Numbered from the stretch's first letter, positions 15,520 through 29,200 are shown. The stretch is 64,000 bases of DNA from the human T2T-CHM13v2.0 reference genome, Homo sapiens (GCF_009914755.1 NC_060935.1), one strand, 5' to 3'. The notes: a model not told the origin generated them from the sequence alone. Made by a program: numbers and translations.

Positions 15520-15750
15520 ACAGTGGTGGCATAGATCACATTGAATAAGCACTTAATATGCACCATGCCCCGTAAGAGGTATTGTTTTGGGTAAACTCAC
15601 AACAACAGCTCTGTAACATAAACACTATGAACGCTTCCAATTTCCAGGCGAGAAACAAGTTCCAAGCGGTGAAGCAATTTGTTCAAGATCCTATATAGCT
15701 CACCAGTGACAGCACCAGGGCCTGAGCCCAGGCTGTTGAGCCAAGAGCCA
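15520..15750 (-). mobile_element. MIR
   Basis: ttgaataagcacttaatatgcacc...aactcacaacaacagctctg...tttgttcaagatcctatatagct. Confidence 0.65.
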
Positions 15751-16813
15751 GAGCTGAAAAAATGGAGAGATCCCCCTGGCTGTGAGATTCCAAATGTGGC
15801 AGGTCTTCAGGGTTTCCTTCTGATTTGTAGTCCTGCAGCCCACACCACAGGGGCTGTGGTGAATAGACGGAAAATACCGAGCCTCCTAATTGATGTGAAG
15901 CCTTTTGAAAATGTCTCCGTGTCCCTCCAAAATGAGGAGTGCCTACTCCTCATGCTGCTTCAGAACTTCTTTATCTTTTAACCATTTTTCCCTTCAAATT
16001 TAACTCTGCTGACTTCTGCACTGAGGATTACCTAAAGGCCAAGTTTGACATTCTTAATCCAGCCATTTCAGAGTTATCTGAGAACAGAAAAGGTACAGGG
16101 ATAAAGGCTTGAAGTGTTAACTCTGGGAGTGCCAGAGGGAGTTGAGATGGGCAGTGTCCTTCCCTGAGTATCCTGCAGGGCTCAGACCTGTAGGATGCCC
16201 CCATGAGCTTGGCTATATTAAAGATCCTTTTAGATCCCTGAGCCCCTTGTTTGGTTGGCCTGTTTTTAAAGCTGCCTACAGATAAACTACATAGCCACTG
16301 AAACTGCTGGGAAGATATCATTTCCCCAAAAGAGCTTAGCTGGAGAGACAGGACCCATAAGAAGGTATTGACTTGATGGAACCCAAGCTGTCAAAGGAAA
16401 TCAACAGGAGTTTATTTTGCAAGTGCCTACTATGAGACCAGTGAAGTAAGTACTGGGCCAGGAAGAAGACCCAATATTCTATGGAAATCATCCAAACCAG
16501 AAGGAATTTTTATATCAGTTCAGCTGCTATTATTGAGCACCTACAATGCACCAGACATGAAGCTCTGTGCTGACTGGTAAATCCACAATGAACAAAACAG
16601 ACGTTGTTTCTTGTCGTCATAGAATTAATATTTCAGACTATTTATATGAAATTATGCCACATTTTCTTTTCAATTTTATTCTGAATAGCAATAGAAAATA
16701 ACAGGGAAGCACAGCAGAAATGCATTCTTCACTTAGATTAAAAGATCCTACGAGATTCTCACACATTATTCATAGGCATGATTGGGACACTGGCAGTGGA
16801 GCATTGCGATCAA

Positions 16814-16859
16814 ACACACACACACACACACACACATACACACACACACACACACACAC
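16814..16859. repeat. (CA)n microsatellite, about 23 units with one interruption
   Basis: Direct reading. Confidence 0.95.
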
Positions 16860-17299
16860 CCCTTACCTCATGCATGCTCTTTGTTTAGAATTAGAGGAAA
16901 GAATAGTTTGCAGTTTCTAGAATTTTAATAAAGAGAAATTAGAGGGCAAACTCCTCCCTATTGAGGATCTTACAATCAGTTTGAAAAGGCTCTCACATGT
17001 GAGACACCTAGAGAACAATTCAAAACAATATATAGTCAAGTTATCCTATTACTCAGTCCACTTGCATCAGATTTAAACATAAATTCTGCCTCCTTAAGGG
17101 AGCAGACTGCTTCTAAGAACTTGGCATTAATCACTGGGATGCAGATGGGTACAAATAGATGCTGCCAACTATAAATGAGTCTTATCCATTCAATACCTTA
17201 GGTCTCATCAGGAATATGTTATATGTCCTGAAAGTCATAAAAGTGCATTGTAAAAAGATTACAATACTTTCACATTTGATTTTAAAATTTATCTGCATT

Positions 17300-17800
17300 G
17301 CCTGAGTTCACTCAACTATCCGAAAGCCTACTATGTCTAAGGCACAATCGTGGTCCCTGGGGATAACACAGTGAACAATACAGTTCCACATGGCACCTGT
17401 CCTCAGGAAGCTTACATTTTAATGTATGATCTAAGAACAGGTTAAAAAACACACATTAATAATTGCAATCTGTGAGAAGTCTATGAAAAATAGACAATTG
17501 TGGAAGGGATCTGCTTTCGATAGGGTAGTTAGGGAAAGCTTAGGGATGCATAAGGGTTAGCAACATTGCAGCCAGGCTAGAGAGCGAGAGAGAAAGGCCA
17601 ATTGGATACAGGTAATGACTGTGAAGATGGACCACGTGGGAAACAGATTCAAGGGGTATTAAGAATTTACTGTTTCAATGGTTGATGGGGAAGAAAGACA
17701 AGAGGAATCAAAGATAACTGTTTTGTTTTTCGTTTTTGTTTTTTTAACTAGAGTAAATGAGTAGATGGGATGCGTATTGTTACATGAGGGAAGAAGAAGA
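17300..17800 (-). mobile_element. L2 fragments
   Basis: gcctactatgtctaaggcac...ggggataacacagtgaacaa...gtcctcaggaagcttacatttt. Confidence 0.65.
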
Positions 17801-19429
17801 TAAATAAAGGAAAAATGTATTTGCCCATATGATGTTCAGAGGATGAGGGGCTTTATATGTGATGGTTTCTGTTTTTTTAATATAAGATGAACTGCCTGAT
17901 CAAAATTTTTGTTGCAAAATTTTAAAAACCAATGTCTTCTTCTCCAGCTGTCTCCAAACCCCAGATTTTGTTTGGCTTATAGTTCTCACTGAGTAGCCAC
18001 TTTTTCAATTTGCTCTTCTTGGCATTTTAACTTCCCCTTCCCCTCTTAGCACGTCTGCCATCTCTTCCTGCTCTGGGTGTCACTTAGCTCTGAAAACATA
18101 GGCATCGGAGTGTAGCAGACTGACTCAGAGTCCTCCCAAGATGCAGATTCTACTGAAATCCAAACCCAAGGGGTCTACAAAATGGGTATGTTCAAATTTT
18201 TTTTTTGTTTTCATTACTGACTGTCTCCTATTTTAAGGCACCCAGATTGCTTTGGGGGAATGTAAATCAGTGCTTTCTTCCATTGCCAGTTTAATGACCT
18301 TGTGATGTTAATTGCCTCTTTCTCCATAATATCAACTCTTCTCCCCATATCTCTCAGACAAATTACCTAACCCTTCAAACACAATCCAAGAGGACTTCCC
18401 CATCCACCTAGGCAGAATGCAACTATATCATACTAGAGTTTTTATGTGTGTGAGTATATATATAATAAGGTAAAGAGGGAACTAATATTCTAAAAAGAAA
18501 TATAATTCTATTATATATTCTATTATATAATTCTATTATTAAATATATTCTATTATTATAGAATTATACACTATAATTTCTGTATCTGTAATTATAGAAC
18601 TGTAATTTCTTACCATTAATCGCAAAATGGGAGGCTCATCAGGTAGAAGGAGGGAAGGACTCCAGTTTCAGCAGTTTGTGCTTAGAGTAGAAACATAAAG
18701 GAGAATGACATGGTGATAAAACCCAGCTTAGGAGAAATAAGACTTACTAGTCAGCTTCATTCAGCAACTCATATCTCGAATGTTCACTAAACACTTATTA
18801 TGAGCTCTATGGTCCTACTTTATGTTCTTGGCATTGGAAATTTTTTAAATGAATACGAATTGATTATAATAGAAGATCAAGTAGAGCTCAACTCAAAGTG
18901 TCATGGGAACTTGGATGCACGAGAGACAGCTGTACAGCTGTCAGGGGACGTGTGGAGGTGTGGGGAGTGCAGACAGTGGTTAGAGAAGGTATTTATAGAA
19001 GAGGTGATGTTTAAGCAATACTCAGTAATATTAGTGGCCATGGCATAGGGCATATAGGTGAGAAAGAGGATGGAGCCTGAAAAGAAATAAGAGATGAGGC
19101 AGAAGAAACATGCTGGAGTGATTCATCTACCTGGAGAGGTGCTCTGCTCTGCATTTCATAAATAACTTCTATAAAAGACCTCGTAAACCTATGTTTACAA
19201 CTGTTTGACCACTCTAGATATTATATCTCTATGCAGCTCACTCTTTAGTCTTTATTTGCTTGGATATTCTCTTTCAAAAAGATGTTCCATAATGTTTAAT
19301 CGAACTTATGATCACAATTTCAGACGAAAAGCAGTTCCTTCTGCCAAGGCTGATACCTGACCCTGGCACTCTCCTAATCAATCAGCACTGTGTATTTTGC
19401 ATATGCCAACACATGGGATATTCATGAAA

Positions 19430-19992
19430 TGTATCAATTCATTATTGCATTGCTATAAAGAAGTACCTGAAGCTGGGTAATTTGTAAAGAAAATAGGTTT
19501 CATTGGCTCACAGTTCTGCAGGCCATACAGGAAGCATAGTGGCTAGCCAACTATATCAAATAAGGTAAAAGGAGAAGTAATATTATAAAAAGAAATATAA
19601 TTATATACTATAATTTCTATAACTGTAATTATAGAATTGTAGTTTCCTACCATTAACTGCAAAATATGAGACCCATCAAGTAGAAGGATGTAAGCACTTC
19701 AGTTTCAGCAGGGAGGCCTCAGGAAACTTACAGTCATGGCGGAAGGCAAAGGGGAAGCAGGCTTGTCTTCCGTGGCCAGAGCAAGAGGAAGAGAGATGGG
19801 GGAGGCGTCACACAATTTTAAACAACCAGATCTCGTGAGAACTCTGTCATGAGAATAGCACCAAAAGAATGGTGCAAAACCATCAGGAACTGCCCCCATG
19901 ATCCAATCACCTCCCACCAGGCCCCACCTCTAGCATTCAGAGTTGCATTTCAATATGGGATTTGGGTGGGTACACAGATCCAAACCATATCA
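19430..19992 (-). mobile_element. MSTB-type MaLR solo LTR carrying a ~165-bp non-LTR insert (19546-19711)
   Basis: ttgcattgctataaagaagtacctga...ggctcacagttctgcaggccatacaggaagc / ggaggcctcaggaaacttacagtcatggcggaagg...caaaccatatca. Confidence 0.88.
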
Positions 19993-22900
19993 TGAGGTGT
20001 GGTGGTGATGGAGAATTGGAGTTAAGAGAGAGGGATAGCATAATCCAGAATAAAGAAACAGAAATCTTTCTTAGTCCTCAAATTCCTTAAAATCTCATTA
20101 ATGGAGAAAACATGCTAACTTGAAGTGACTGAAGAGCACTTAAAAAATAACCATCAGGCAGCTGCGTGTTCTTACCATCCCAAATGAGTGTGAAGTGGAA
20201 GAATGAAATTACTGGCTGCATCTGCATAGGTACCTTAGGAAGTCTTGCTGAGCTGGCATTTGATGCATTCCATGTTTCTGTGGGGGTGCAAGGAAGGAGC
20301 AAGGCGGTCCAGGCACGGAGAGGAAGAGGAGGTGCCCAACGGAAGGACCAATGCCTAGTGAAAACACTGGGGAAGCACACTAGACTCGAGAAGTCCTTGG
20401 ATGCTGAGTGCCTGGCATGGCTGAGAAACTGGTGCCCATTTGTTTTCCTGACTCAGAATCAACATTCATAGAAAGATTAAATTTTTTTAAAAAAGGACTT
20501 AGTTTCTTTGGCAAACCAATAATAGGCTTTGGGATTTTGCTTTAAACATTTTGAATAATCCTATTAGCAGCTTAGAAAAACAGGGCTATTTTAATGACAG
20601 AGTATATATATCTATATATTTCCCATCCACCAGTGTCTGAAGGAGATTATCCACACTAGCTGAAGTCTACCCTCTTTGCAGGGTTTAGCCCTATCACCAG
20701 GTCTGGAGAGGCAGGAGGGGAAAAGAGCTGCTCAGTTACTCTTCCAGCACCGAGTGTGCTGGATAATTGCATCTTTTGCCCACTTGCCAATGGCATTTAG
20801 ACTAGTTCTCATCCATGTCAAGTCAGTCCAAGCCCAGGAGGGGCAGCATGGTGCATAAACCATGTTGATATCTCGTTTCTGGCCCTGACATTTCACTCAC
20901 AAAGTGGAAATAGCAATAATATTAAAGACATGAGGTTGTCTCAAAAATTAAACAAAACTATGTGAGTTGAAGCACCAGGTTAGGGGAGTAGACCACTGGT
21001 TCTGGTGGTTATTCATGTTAGTCTAATATCTCTGACATTTGAAGACCTATTTTGCGGTTATGTTTTTCAAATCAGCTTCTTTGACTTGGAGCAGGTAGGG
21101 TTTATTTTCTGGTTTACCTGCTGGGAGGTAGAGAGTGTAAAAGCAGACTTGCTCTTGTGTTATCTTCCAGCGTGAGGATCTAACCAGTGAGGATCATGTT
21201 TCAGCAACATCATGTTGGTATGAGAATATACATAATTTTTTAATGAGTGTGAGTTGTATGACTTTTTAAGACAGAATATTGCTACGTGATTGGATTTTCT
21301 TAGCAATCATTTTTATGCCACCTAACCACTTTTTTTTTTTTTTTTACCTCAACTTCAAGAATTGCCTGAACTGTGGACAAGAGAAACATAGATACTTACA
21401 TGAGAAATAGGCTTGGATTTCTTCCAATGCCTTCCTATCTCTTTGATGTTGTTACTTGCAGGTATCAGACTTGCATTCTGCCAGGAACATTTCTTCTGTA
21501 TGTTGTAATGACTCATGCCCCCAGGATAATGAACAAGACTTGGCAAATACTGGGCCCTGATACCTGAGCCAACAGAGAACATCCGCATCAGGGAAGTCAA
21601 TAGTCAGAAGGCCTGACTAGGAATGCCATTTAGAATTTGCAGACAAAAAAGTCTTTAGCTACCAAAATCTCTTTTGATTCTGTCAAAGGGCAGATCTAGT
21701 CTGTTTCTTAGATGTATTTTCCTTTACTGATCATTTACGTTTTCCATTATGAATCTTTATTTCAATTGATAAGAGAAGTAAGAAAAATTTTGAGAGATAA
21801 TTCAACATCAAGGAAATCTATGGAGAGGCATGTATAGACACTTTCTTTATTCTTATAAAAAGGGCGATACTGTGAAAATAAAGCTATAACTTCACTTTCA
21901 TATAATAATCAGGTGAGGTAAGTTTATTTTGGGCAAGGGTAGAGGAAGAGAAGGGGCGATGCAAATAGAGGCATACACAGAGTAGATGTTGCTTATGTGT
22001 TGGTCAAATCAATAAAGAGTGGGAGGAAACAAGGAAGAGGTCTGTAGAGGGAGGGGAAGAGAGTGAAAGTCATGCAGAAGGGAGAGAATGAGAGAAGCAT
22101 GGAGTCAATAAAGGAGATGGAGGAAGATGCACAGAGACGGTAGATGCATCTGGGGAAAGCTGCTGGGAGTCACAGCTTCTCCCCTTGTAGTTTCAGGGGG
22201 CTGTTGCCTGTTGAAATGTTAACCGATGAACTTTTTAAAAATACTCTTTCAAATGTTAATCTTTATATCAACTCCCCTGTAAATTGCATAACCATAGCAA
22301 CCCAACACAGGGTAAATTGTTCCTGGTGGGTAGCAGCCCATGATGGCAGCTAGAGGGTCAAGGAAATCCATGGAAAAGTCAGATGCCCCTGGGGCAGAGA
22401 TCCCGAGCCCAGGCTGAGAAAATTACCTTTATATCTTAGAGGCAACTGGAGTCTAAGTCATTGATCTGGCCAGAGAGTGGCCTTCCAGGCTGGGGGTCAT
22501 GGGATTGGGTACAGAGCAGGACCACACCAAGAAGGGCCTCTCTGCTCCTGCACATTCCACATCTGGTCAGCCTCAAGGTTTAGCTGCACTCCAAAGCACA
22601 GGGCAATGTAACAGAGGACTAAGCAAGAGCATTCGTTATTTCCTCCCAGGCAGAAAACAAACAGCAACAAGAACAACAGAAGATTCAACACAGGAGCAGC
22701 CTACAAAATGCAGGCTGTAACCTTGATGGTATTGATTGAGTGCACCTGTCCATCTTCATGTTAAACTGTGAGCTTGATTGCTGGCAAGTTTATAGGATTA
22801 TGGGTTTACTTGGATGCCTGTGTTTTACTAGATGTAAGTGAAATTTATGGCTGTGGGGTTTGTGGTGCCAAGGTTTACCTCAGTCATTTCCTCCCAGCCG

Positions 22901-23994
22901 AGAGAGGGCCGAGACTCCTGGAGACAATTGGAGCGAGCTCAGGGGCTTGCATGCAAGGGAGGCACCTCTGGGCCTGCTTGCGGGCTGGGGTTACATGAGG
23001 AGCAGACAGACCAGGTGACAGGAGCCAGAAGCTCCCGCTGCATCACGGACCTCCCTCGCTCTATGACCTCACTGAATGCTAAAAGGAATGAGTAACGGGC
23101 ATCCTGGAGAAATTATTGATATTTAGTTAGATCCCCAAGTGCTGGGAATGCACAGAGACTGGCTCACTCGGATGGCTGCCTTGCTTTTTTCTGCACACTG
23201 CTGCCATGAAGAGTTTAGGAAGGGCTCTTATGAGAGGCCGAAGGTTTTGGGAAGATGGAGAGGTGTCATTGAAATGATTAAATCCTTTGAACCTAGGCGT
23301 TCAGGGTACTTATCATCTGGTATTTAATAATGCGTGATATAGATTTAAATTATTGTTTCATATTTTGAAGGGTGATTGCTCTTAATAACTCATCTGACCT
23401 CACAGCAGCTATTTATTCACTGAGCACATTGTTTGCTGATTACCTAACATGTGCCATTCCTGGGGATTTTAGGTGAGAGTAGGGAAAATTCTTCTAATTG
23501 TTTTTTTAATTTTACAGATAAGAAAACTGAAGCCCAGAAAATTTATTTCCTTCACCTGGTCACACACAGATCTCCTGGTATATTCAGAACTAGAACTCAG
23601 ATACTTGATTCCCATTCAGAAAGAACCTGGTCAGCTGGTTCGGGGTTAAAGAGGACAGAGAACACCAGTGAAAAAACCTCCACTGAGTAAGGGAGCTACC
23701 TTGTACTTCTATTTGGCTGCTCAGAACATTCAGATGCTCATTTTCTGGTTTTATTGGTTTTGGACAGTTGTACTCATCAAATTAAGTGACCTTCAGAAAA
23801 GTGAGAGATTATAAATCACATGGTTAGTTTCTTCCAACCAAAGATAATAGAACACTGGCTGATGAGACTCAGTCCAAATTCTCTGTTATAGAAATGCATT
23901 GCTTGCTTATGCAGTTGGCTTGGGATGAGGCCAACTCTGGGTGGGGCCCAGATTAAAGTAGCAAAGATACTATTATAAAACAATTTGACATGGC

Positions 23995-24225
23995 AAAAAC
24001 AGTAAACATTTAAACTATTACTTACATGCCAGGTACTGTGGGCAGCACTTTGCTTGCACTATTTCATTTAATTCTTAAAAGCACCCATTTTATAGATGAG
24101 AAAATTGAGGCTTAGAGAGATTATGTAATTTTCCCAGGACATACAACTTCCAAATGGGCTGAACTAGGACTCTAAACTGCTTTATTATGACAATAGTACC
24201 CATGACTTTAACCACTACACTCTCC
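23995..24225 (-). mobile_element. MIR
   Basis: acttacatgccaggtactgtg...atttcatttaattctt...cccattttatagatgagaaaattgaggcttagagag. Confidence 0.8.
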
Positions 24226-24329
24226 TGTAGAATATTTAGAGGTATGTTGCGATAGACACCATTGTTTTATACACGATGTTGACACACACTTTTAATATAA
24301 TTTAAACTTTTCAAACACTGGTCTATCAG

Positions 24330-26300
24330 GTAAGTGAATAAGTGCATAATAGAAGATGAGATAATGCTGAAAAATTAGGGTGGATAAAACATGGAAGTAA
24401 TTGACAGTCAGTTCAAAACGTTGGGCTTGATGTGGTGGCAGTAGAGAGCCTTTGAAGGCTCTTGAGCAGAGGAGTGCTATGATGACAGCTGCACTGTTTG
24501 GGCTATTGACATCCAGGTAAAGGGCTAGTGAGAGAATTCAGTAGGAGTGGGAGTTCCAAAGCAAAATTTGAGAACTTCGTGATTTATTGTACTGAGGAGT
24601 GCGTGGTCTCAAACACAGCAATCAGCTAGTTATGGTAAAAACTTTGGGGGTCCAGGTTTCGATGTTGGGTCTTAAATGTGTGTGCAGTTTATGGAGATAT
24701 CCGGGAGCACTTTGGCAATTCCAGAATGGAGGTCCAGGGAAAGTAGGCAGAGGCTGAAAATATGCATTTGCATGTAAATTTGCCTAGAGGTGCCAATTTG
24801 CAGGAGCTTAGAAAAAGCAAGGGATCTAATGGAACCAGATGATAAAAGACCTCAGGAGTCTTATTTTGAGAAAGAGGAATTACAAAGAAAGAGAAGAAAG
24901 AAAGAGAACAAGAGATCCATGTGGGATAAAATTTCATGAGAAAGAGAATAATTAAAGATTTTAAATTCTTTAGAAAAGTCAGGGAATAAGGGCTAAGAAA
25001 CAATTGTTGGTTTAGTGATGTAGAGATCACCGGCATCCTTGGGAGAACCATTTTGAGAGACTGATAAGAGGAAGCTATCTTGCAAAGAGCTAATGGATGG
25101 TTACGATATGAATGCAGTTTTCTTCACTGAGGGGGCACACAACTTTGTTGAGGGGATAGATAGCAGTTTAAAAATAGCAAGAGATAGATTAGCAAGACAG
25201 CAGAAGGGAATTTTATAGGTAAAGAGAGATAGAAATATGTTCGTAAATAAAGCAAAAACAGCTAGAGCAGAGAGAATGGCTCAAGCTATGAGACAAAGGG
25301 TGGGGGAATTTTTGATACAGCAAGATCTTTGTGAAAGCAGAAAGTGGTAGGGAAACAACCTAGGTGGTGAGTTTTGTTTTAAGAGGAATCATGGACTGCT
25401 TCTGTTTAGGAGCTTTGAATGAGAGAGAGCAAAGAAAGGCATTCTAGGCTCATGGCAGGTCAAGCACATAATTTTCAGGATCGCCTGGGAGTGAGATGCG
25501 TGGGATGAGATGGGTAAGAAAATGGGTGGGTTGGATGGATGAGGAGATAGGAACGTTGGTAACTACCAGGGAGAATGAAATGTGGAACTGATGTGAGATA
25601 AGGAGGTGATGAGATTAAGATGAGATGGAAAGGCCAGCTGAGTTCAATTCAAATGACTTAATCTTTTAGCAAAATGGCTAACAAAAATTAAACATATTTT
25701 CATGCAATTCTCTAGTTGCATTTTACAGCCTTGGAGGGCGAACAGAAAAAGCAAAGGGTAGTTTATTAAAGTTGAGAACTATCAAAGAGAAAATGTCACA
25801 GAAAGTGAGGCATTGGAAAGTGGTGGTGAAATGACTCCATATAACATTAAGGTGAGTAGGAAGAGGAATGAGCCAGGAATGGAGTTACAAGAGAATAAGG
25901 AAAGGCATGGTTACTGGAACTTGTGGCTAGGAAAGAAACCCAGTTCAGTAGAAGTGCCAGTGAAGGAGAAGTAGAGAATAAGAAGAGAGAAATCATTTTT
26001 AAAAATGGTTGCAAGTTCAAGAACCTGAGTGGTGGTGATGTGCAGCTGTGATGGTAGATATATTAGCTAGTCTCTGAAGGTGCTAGAGAGTGATGAGATC
26101 ATAAGAATAAATGTTGGCATATAGTTCCAGGGAAAGATGGCAGAAGCATAATGGAATTCACATGCCGATGTCAAGGGAGAAGCTGTGAATGTCCTGGAGC
26201 TAGGTTGACGGTGAGGACATTATGGTATGGGATTCAAGTAGTAGCAGATGTCTGGGGATGGTGAGGGACACTGTTCTGGATGCTGCGGTGTACACAGAAT
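24330..26300 (-). mobile_element. Long, highly decayed L2 (L2b/c) fragments
   Basis: ggcagtagagagcctttgaaggctcttgagcagaggagtg and further purine-rich L2-type antisense tracts; boundaries uncertain. Confidence 0.5.
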
Positions 26301-26372
26301 GATCCCTTCTGGTTCTGGGTGGCAGAGTGGAGAAATAGAGCTTATTAGGAGGATCTCTGAGGAAGACAATAT

Positions 26373-26616
26373 GTGTAATGGTTACAAGCATGGGTTCTTG
26401 ATCAGACTACCTGGTTTCTATCCTGTTTCTGTCACTTCCCAACTGGGTGGACATGGATAAGCTATTCAGTCACCCTATGCCTCAGTCTCTTCGTCTCTAA
26501 AGCAGCAATAATGGTGAACTCACCTCATGGGATTGCTGTGATGATTGATTAAAATAATTATTAAAAGAGAGTAGCATAAAACCCACCATATGTTATGTAC
26601 TCAGTGAAAAATAGCT
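26373..26616 (+). mobile_element. MIR, near full length
   Basis: gtgtaatggttacaagcatggg...gcctcagtctcttcgtctctaaa...acctcatgggattgctgtgatgatt...gtactcagtgaaaaatagct. Confidence 0.8.
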
Positions 26617-26847
26617 TGCTGCTGCTTCTGCTGCTTCTTCTATTTCTTCTTCTTCTATTTCTCCTTCTCTTTCTCCTTCCCCCTCCCCCTCCTCTTCCCC
26701 CTCCTCCTCCTTCTCTTCTTCCCCCTCCTCCCCCTCCTCCCCCTCCTCCTCCTTCTTCTCCTTTTTCTCCTTTTTCTTCCTCTTCCTCCTCCTCCCCTTC
26801 TTCTTCTTCTTTTTCTTTTTCTTCTTCTTCTTCTTCTTCTTCTTCTT

Positions 26848-26878
<31 letters not shown>

Positions 26879-26935
26879 TTCTTATTCTTCTTCTTCTTCT
26901 TCTTCTTCCTCTCCTCCTTCTTCCTCTTCTTCTTC
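26617..26935. repeat. Compound polypyrimidine tract (TTC/TCC) including a pure (CTT)19
   Basis: Pure CTT run at 26821-26877, flanked by interrupted CTT/CCT runs. Confidence 0.97.
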
Positions 26936-27759
26936 ATGTTATTGGAAAGGATATATAGGAAGGAAGTGGTGTTATCAAGGAGAAAAGTAGTTTTCAACTT
27001 ATGTGGCCACATGGGGAGGAGTACTTAAAGAAAGTATCAAAGATGTAAGGGATTTTGTCTATAACAGAATTGGGATTCCAAGGTTCACTCTAGTTCTGCT
27101 CCTCAGGGGAGCAGGGCTCTTCAAGAGGTAAGGGGTACAATTATTTGGGGAAGTGACCAGGGGCTGGTAAAGGAGGAAAGAATTTCTGCTGGGCTATTAA
27201 GAGTTAATCATGCAGTAAAGGAAATACGGGGTGGAGAGGACAGAGAAAGAAACATTTTTAATTAGATCATTTTCCCCTATTTTTGCCTTGGATTTGACTT
27301 GTAATCAGTTAAAAACAAGCTTTGCTATCTTTCACGAGAATAGTAATCTGTAGCATTGCTTCAGAAAATTTTAAGTTTTGAATGCAGGGAGTTTTTGCTG
27401 TAGGTTTACCAATAAACATCAAATTTAATGAAAGTCTTCTGTTTTACTAATCATAGTAGTTTCTAAAATTTTTTAAAGTATTTTATTAATTTGAAAAAAA
27501 GGATGTATTAGTATTAGTATTTACATTCCTAATAAACCCTCTGCCTTGTAAAATAACAGATACCAAAGAAGAGAGAAAGTTTTTCTTGCTTTCACTGGGA
27601 AAGGCATAGACACCAAAGAAAATGGCTCTGAGGGAAGTAGGAGAAAGAGATGTCTGAGAAATCAAAGAGATACATGAGTCATAAATGTAGGTTTCTGTGA
27701 CAAAAAGAACTTGGGGGTGGGGGAAGAAAGATTTTTAAAAGCACTTTAACAAAAACTTC

Positions 27760-28680
27760 GTTATGAAAATTTTAAAGTTTACAGAATGGTTGGAAAAATA
27801 TTTCAACGCATAACAATATATTTGCATCTAGATTTGACAATTATCAATCTTTTGTTGAATTAGTTCAATATACCTATCTGGCTATCTTTACCCACTTTTA
27901 TTTGGAACCATTTAAAAGTAAGTTAAAGATATCATGGGGACAGTTTGAGTTACTTTTTCTGTTTAACAAACCCCTCCAAACTTAATGGTACAAAATAACT
28001 ACTGTTTCATTACACTCATTCTATGCATCAAGAATGCACAGAGGAATGGCTTGTCCCTGGTCCACAATATCTAGAATTTCAGCCAGGAGTATTCACATGT
28101 CTGGGGACTGAAATTATCTGGAAGATTCTGGGCAAATAAGCTCAGGAATGACTCAAACTTTGGGTTTAGTTGGGCCTGTGGACTGGAATAGCCAAATGTT
28201 TCCCCTCCCTGTGCTTTCATCCTGGGCACAGTCGTGGAAGGGAAGCATCTCACATCATGTGTTTGGGTTCAGAATGGGAGCCTCTTAAGAAAGGGAATTT
28301 CAGAGAAGGATGTTCTAGGAGAACCAGATGGAACCTGCATGGACTTTTCTGGTATCACCTCGGAAGCTATGAATCATCAGTTCCACTGAATCCTGACAGT
28401 CAAAGTAGGCATAAGCACACTCATATTCAAGTGGAAGGGACAAAGATCCCCCTCTTCAATGTGACTGTGAAAGGATTTGTAGCTATATTTAAAAATCACC
28501 ATAAAACAGTCTTCTACATAACTCAATTCCATTATCATCTAACAAAAATACTTTCTGAATTTCATCTAATATCAATTATCTCCCAATTATCTCAAAAATG
28601 TCTTTAATATTTAAATTTTATTTTCTAAACAGGGTTCCAATAAAGGACAATGCATTAAAAATTCTTATTCTGTCTCTTAG
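27760..28680 (-). mobile_element. L1MC4/5-like fragment interrupted by an MLT1 LTR
   Basis: ttatgaaaattttaaagtttacagaatggttggaaaaata...tttggaaccatttaaaagtaagtt; resumes ~28505 with tcccaattatctcaaaaatgtcttt. Confidence 0.55.
27936..28503 (-). mobile_element. MLT1G/H-type MaLR LTR
   Basis: taacaaacccctccaaacttaatgg...gaaccagatggaacctgcatggacttttctg...attcaagtggaaggga...tatatttaaaaatcaccata. Confidence 0.7.
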
Positions 28681-28874
28681 GTAAAGGGCAGTTTCTTAAA
28701 AGTCTTCTGGCATAATATGCAATATGATATCATTCCCCATTTGCCAAACTGTGGACTCAGCAAAAGTCTAAACAACTCTTTAGTGCTTGCAGGGACAAAT
28801 TTGAAGTGTGCCTTTGTTTTGGATGCCCTAAGTATGCTGAGAATAGCCTCAAATCAAACTGATTACATTACGAT

Positions 28875-29200
28875 CATTCATTCATTCAATAATAACTAAT
28901 TGAGGTCATATTATATTCCAGGCACTGTGCTAGATGCTAGGCATGAACAAGACAAAAATAAAATGGAGAAAAAAAATAAACAAAATCCTTGCACTCAATC
29001 AACCTACACTCAGGCAGGGTAGACAGAAACTCAACAGGCAATTGTAATATAGTGGGATACCTGATATCATGGAAGGAATTAGTAGGAGTCATGGGAGCAG
29101 AGAGATACCAGGTCCTCAGTGCTGAGGAGTCATTTCAGATTATAATGGAGAAATAGATATGTCTGTTGGTAACTCACAAGGCAAGTGCTATAACAGGTAT
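28875..29200 (-). mobile_element. L2 3' end
   Basis: cattcattcattcaataataactaattgagg...ccaggcactgtgctagatgctagg. Confidence 0.75.

Noticed and set aside
14282-22681. Similar aaacaaa(t/c)agcaacaa(a)gaacaaca strings at 14282 and 22655
   Set aside because: Low-complexity A/C-rich sequence; a chance match is likely
26821-26877. Identification as the FXN or FGF14 GAA disease repeat
   Set aside because: Not inside an Alu as the FXN repeat is, and I do not recognise the flanks; no basis for the assignment
26593-27012. Poly-Lys/Glu and poly-Ser/Pro ORFs of 131-139 aa
   Set aside because: Artefacts of the stop-free TTC/TCC repeat
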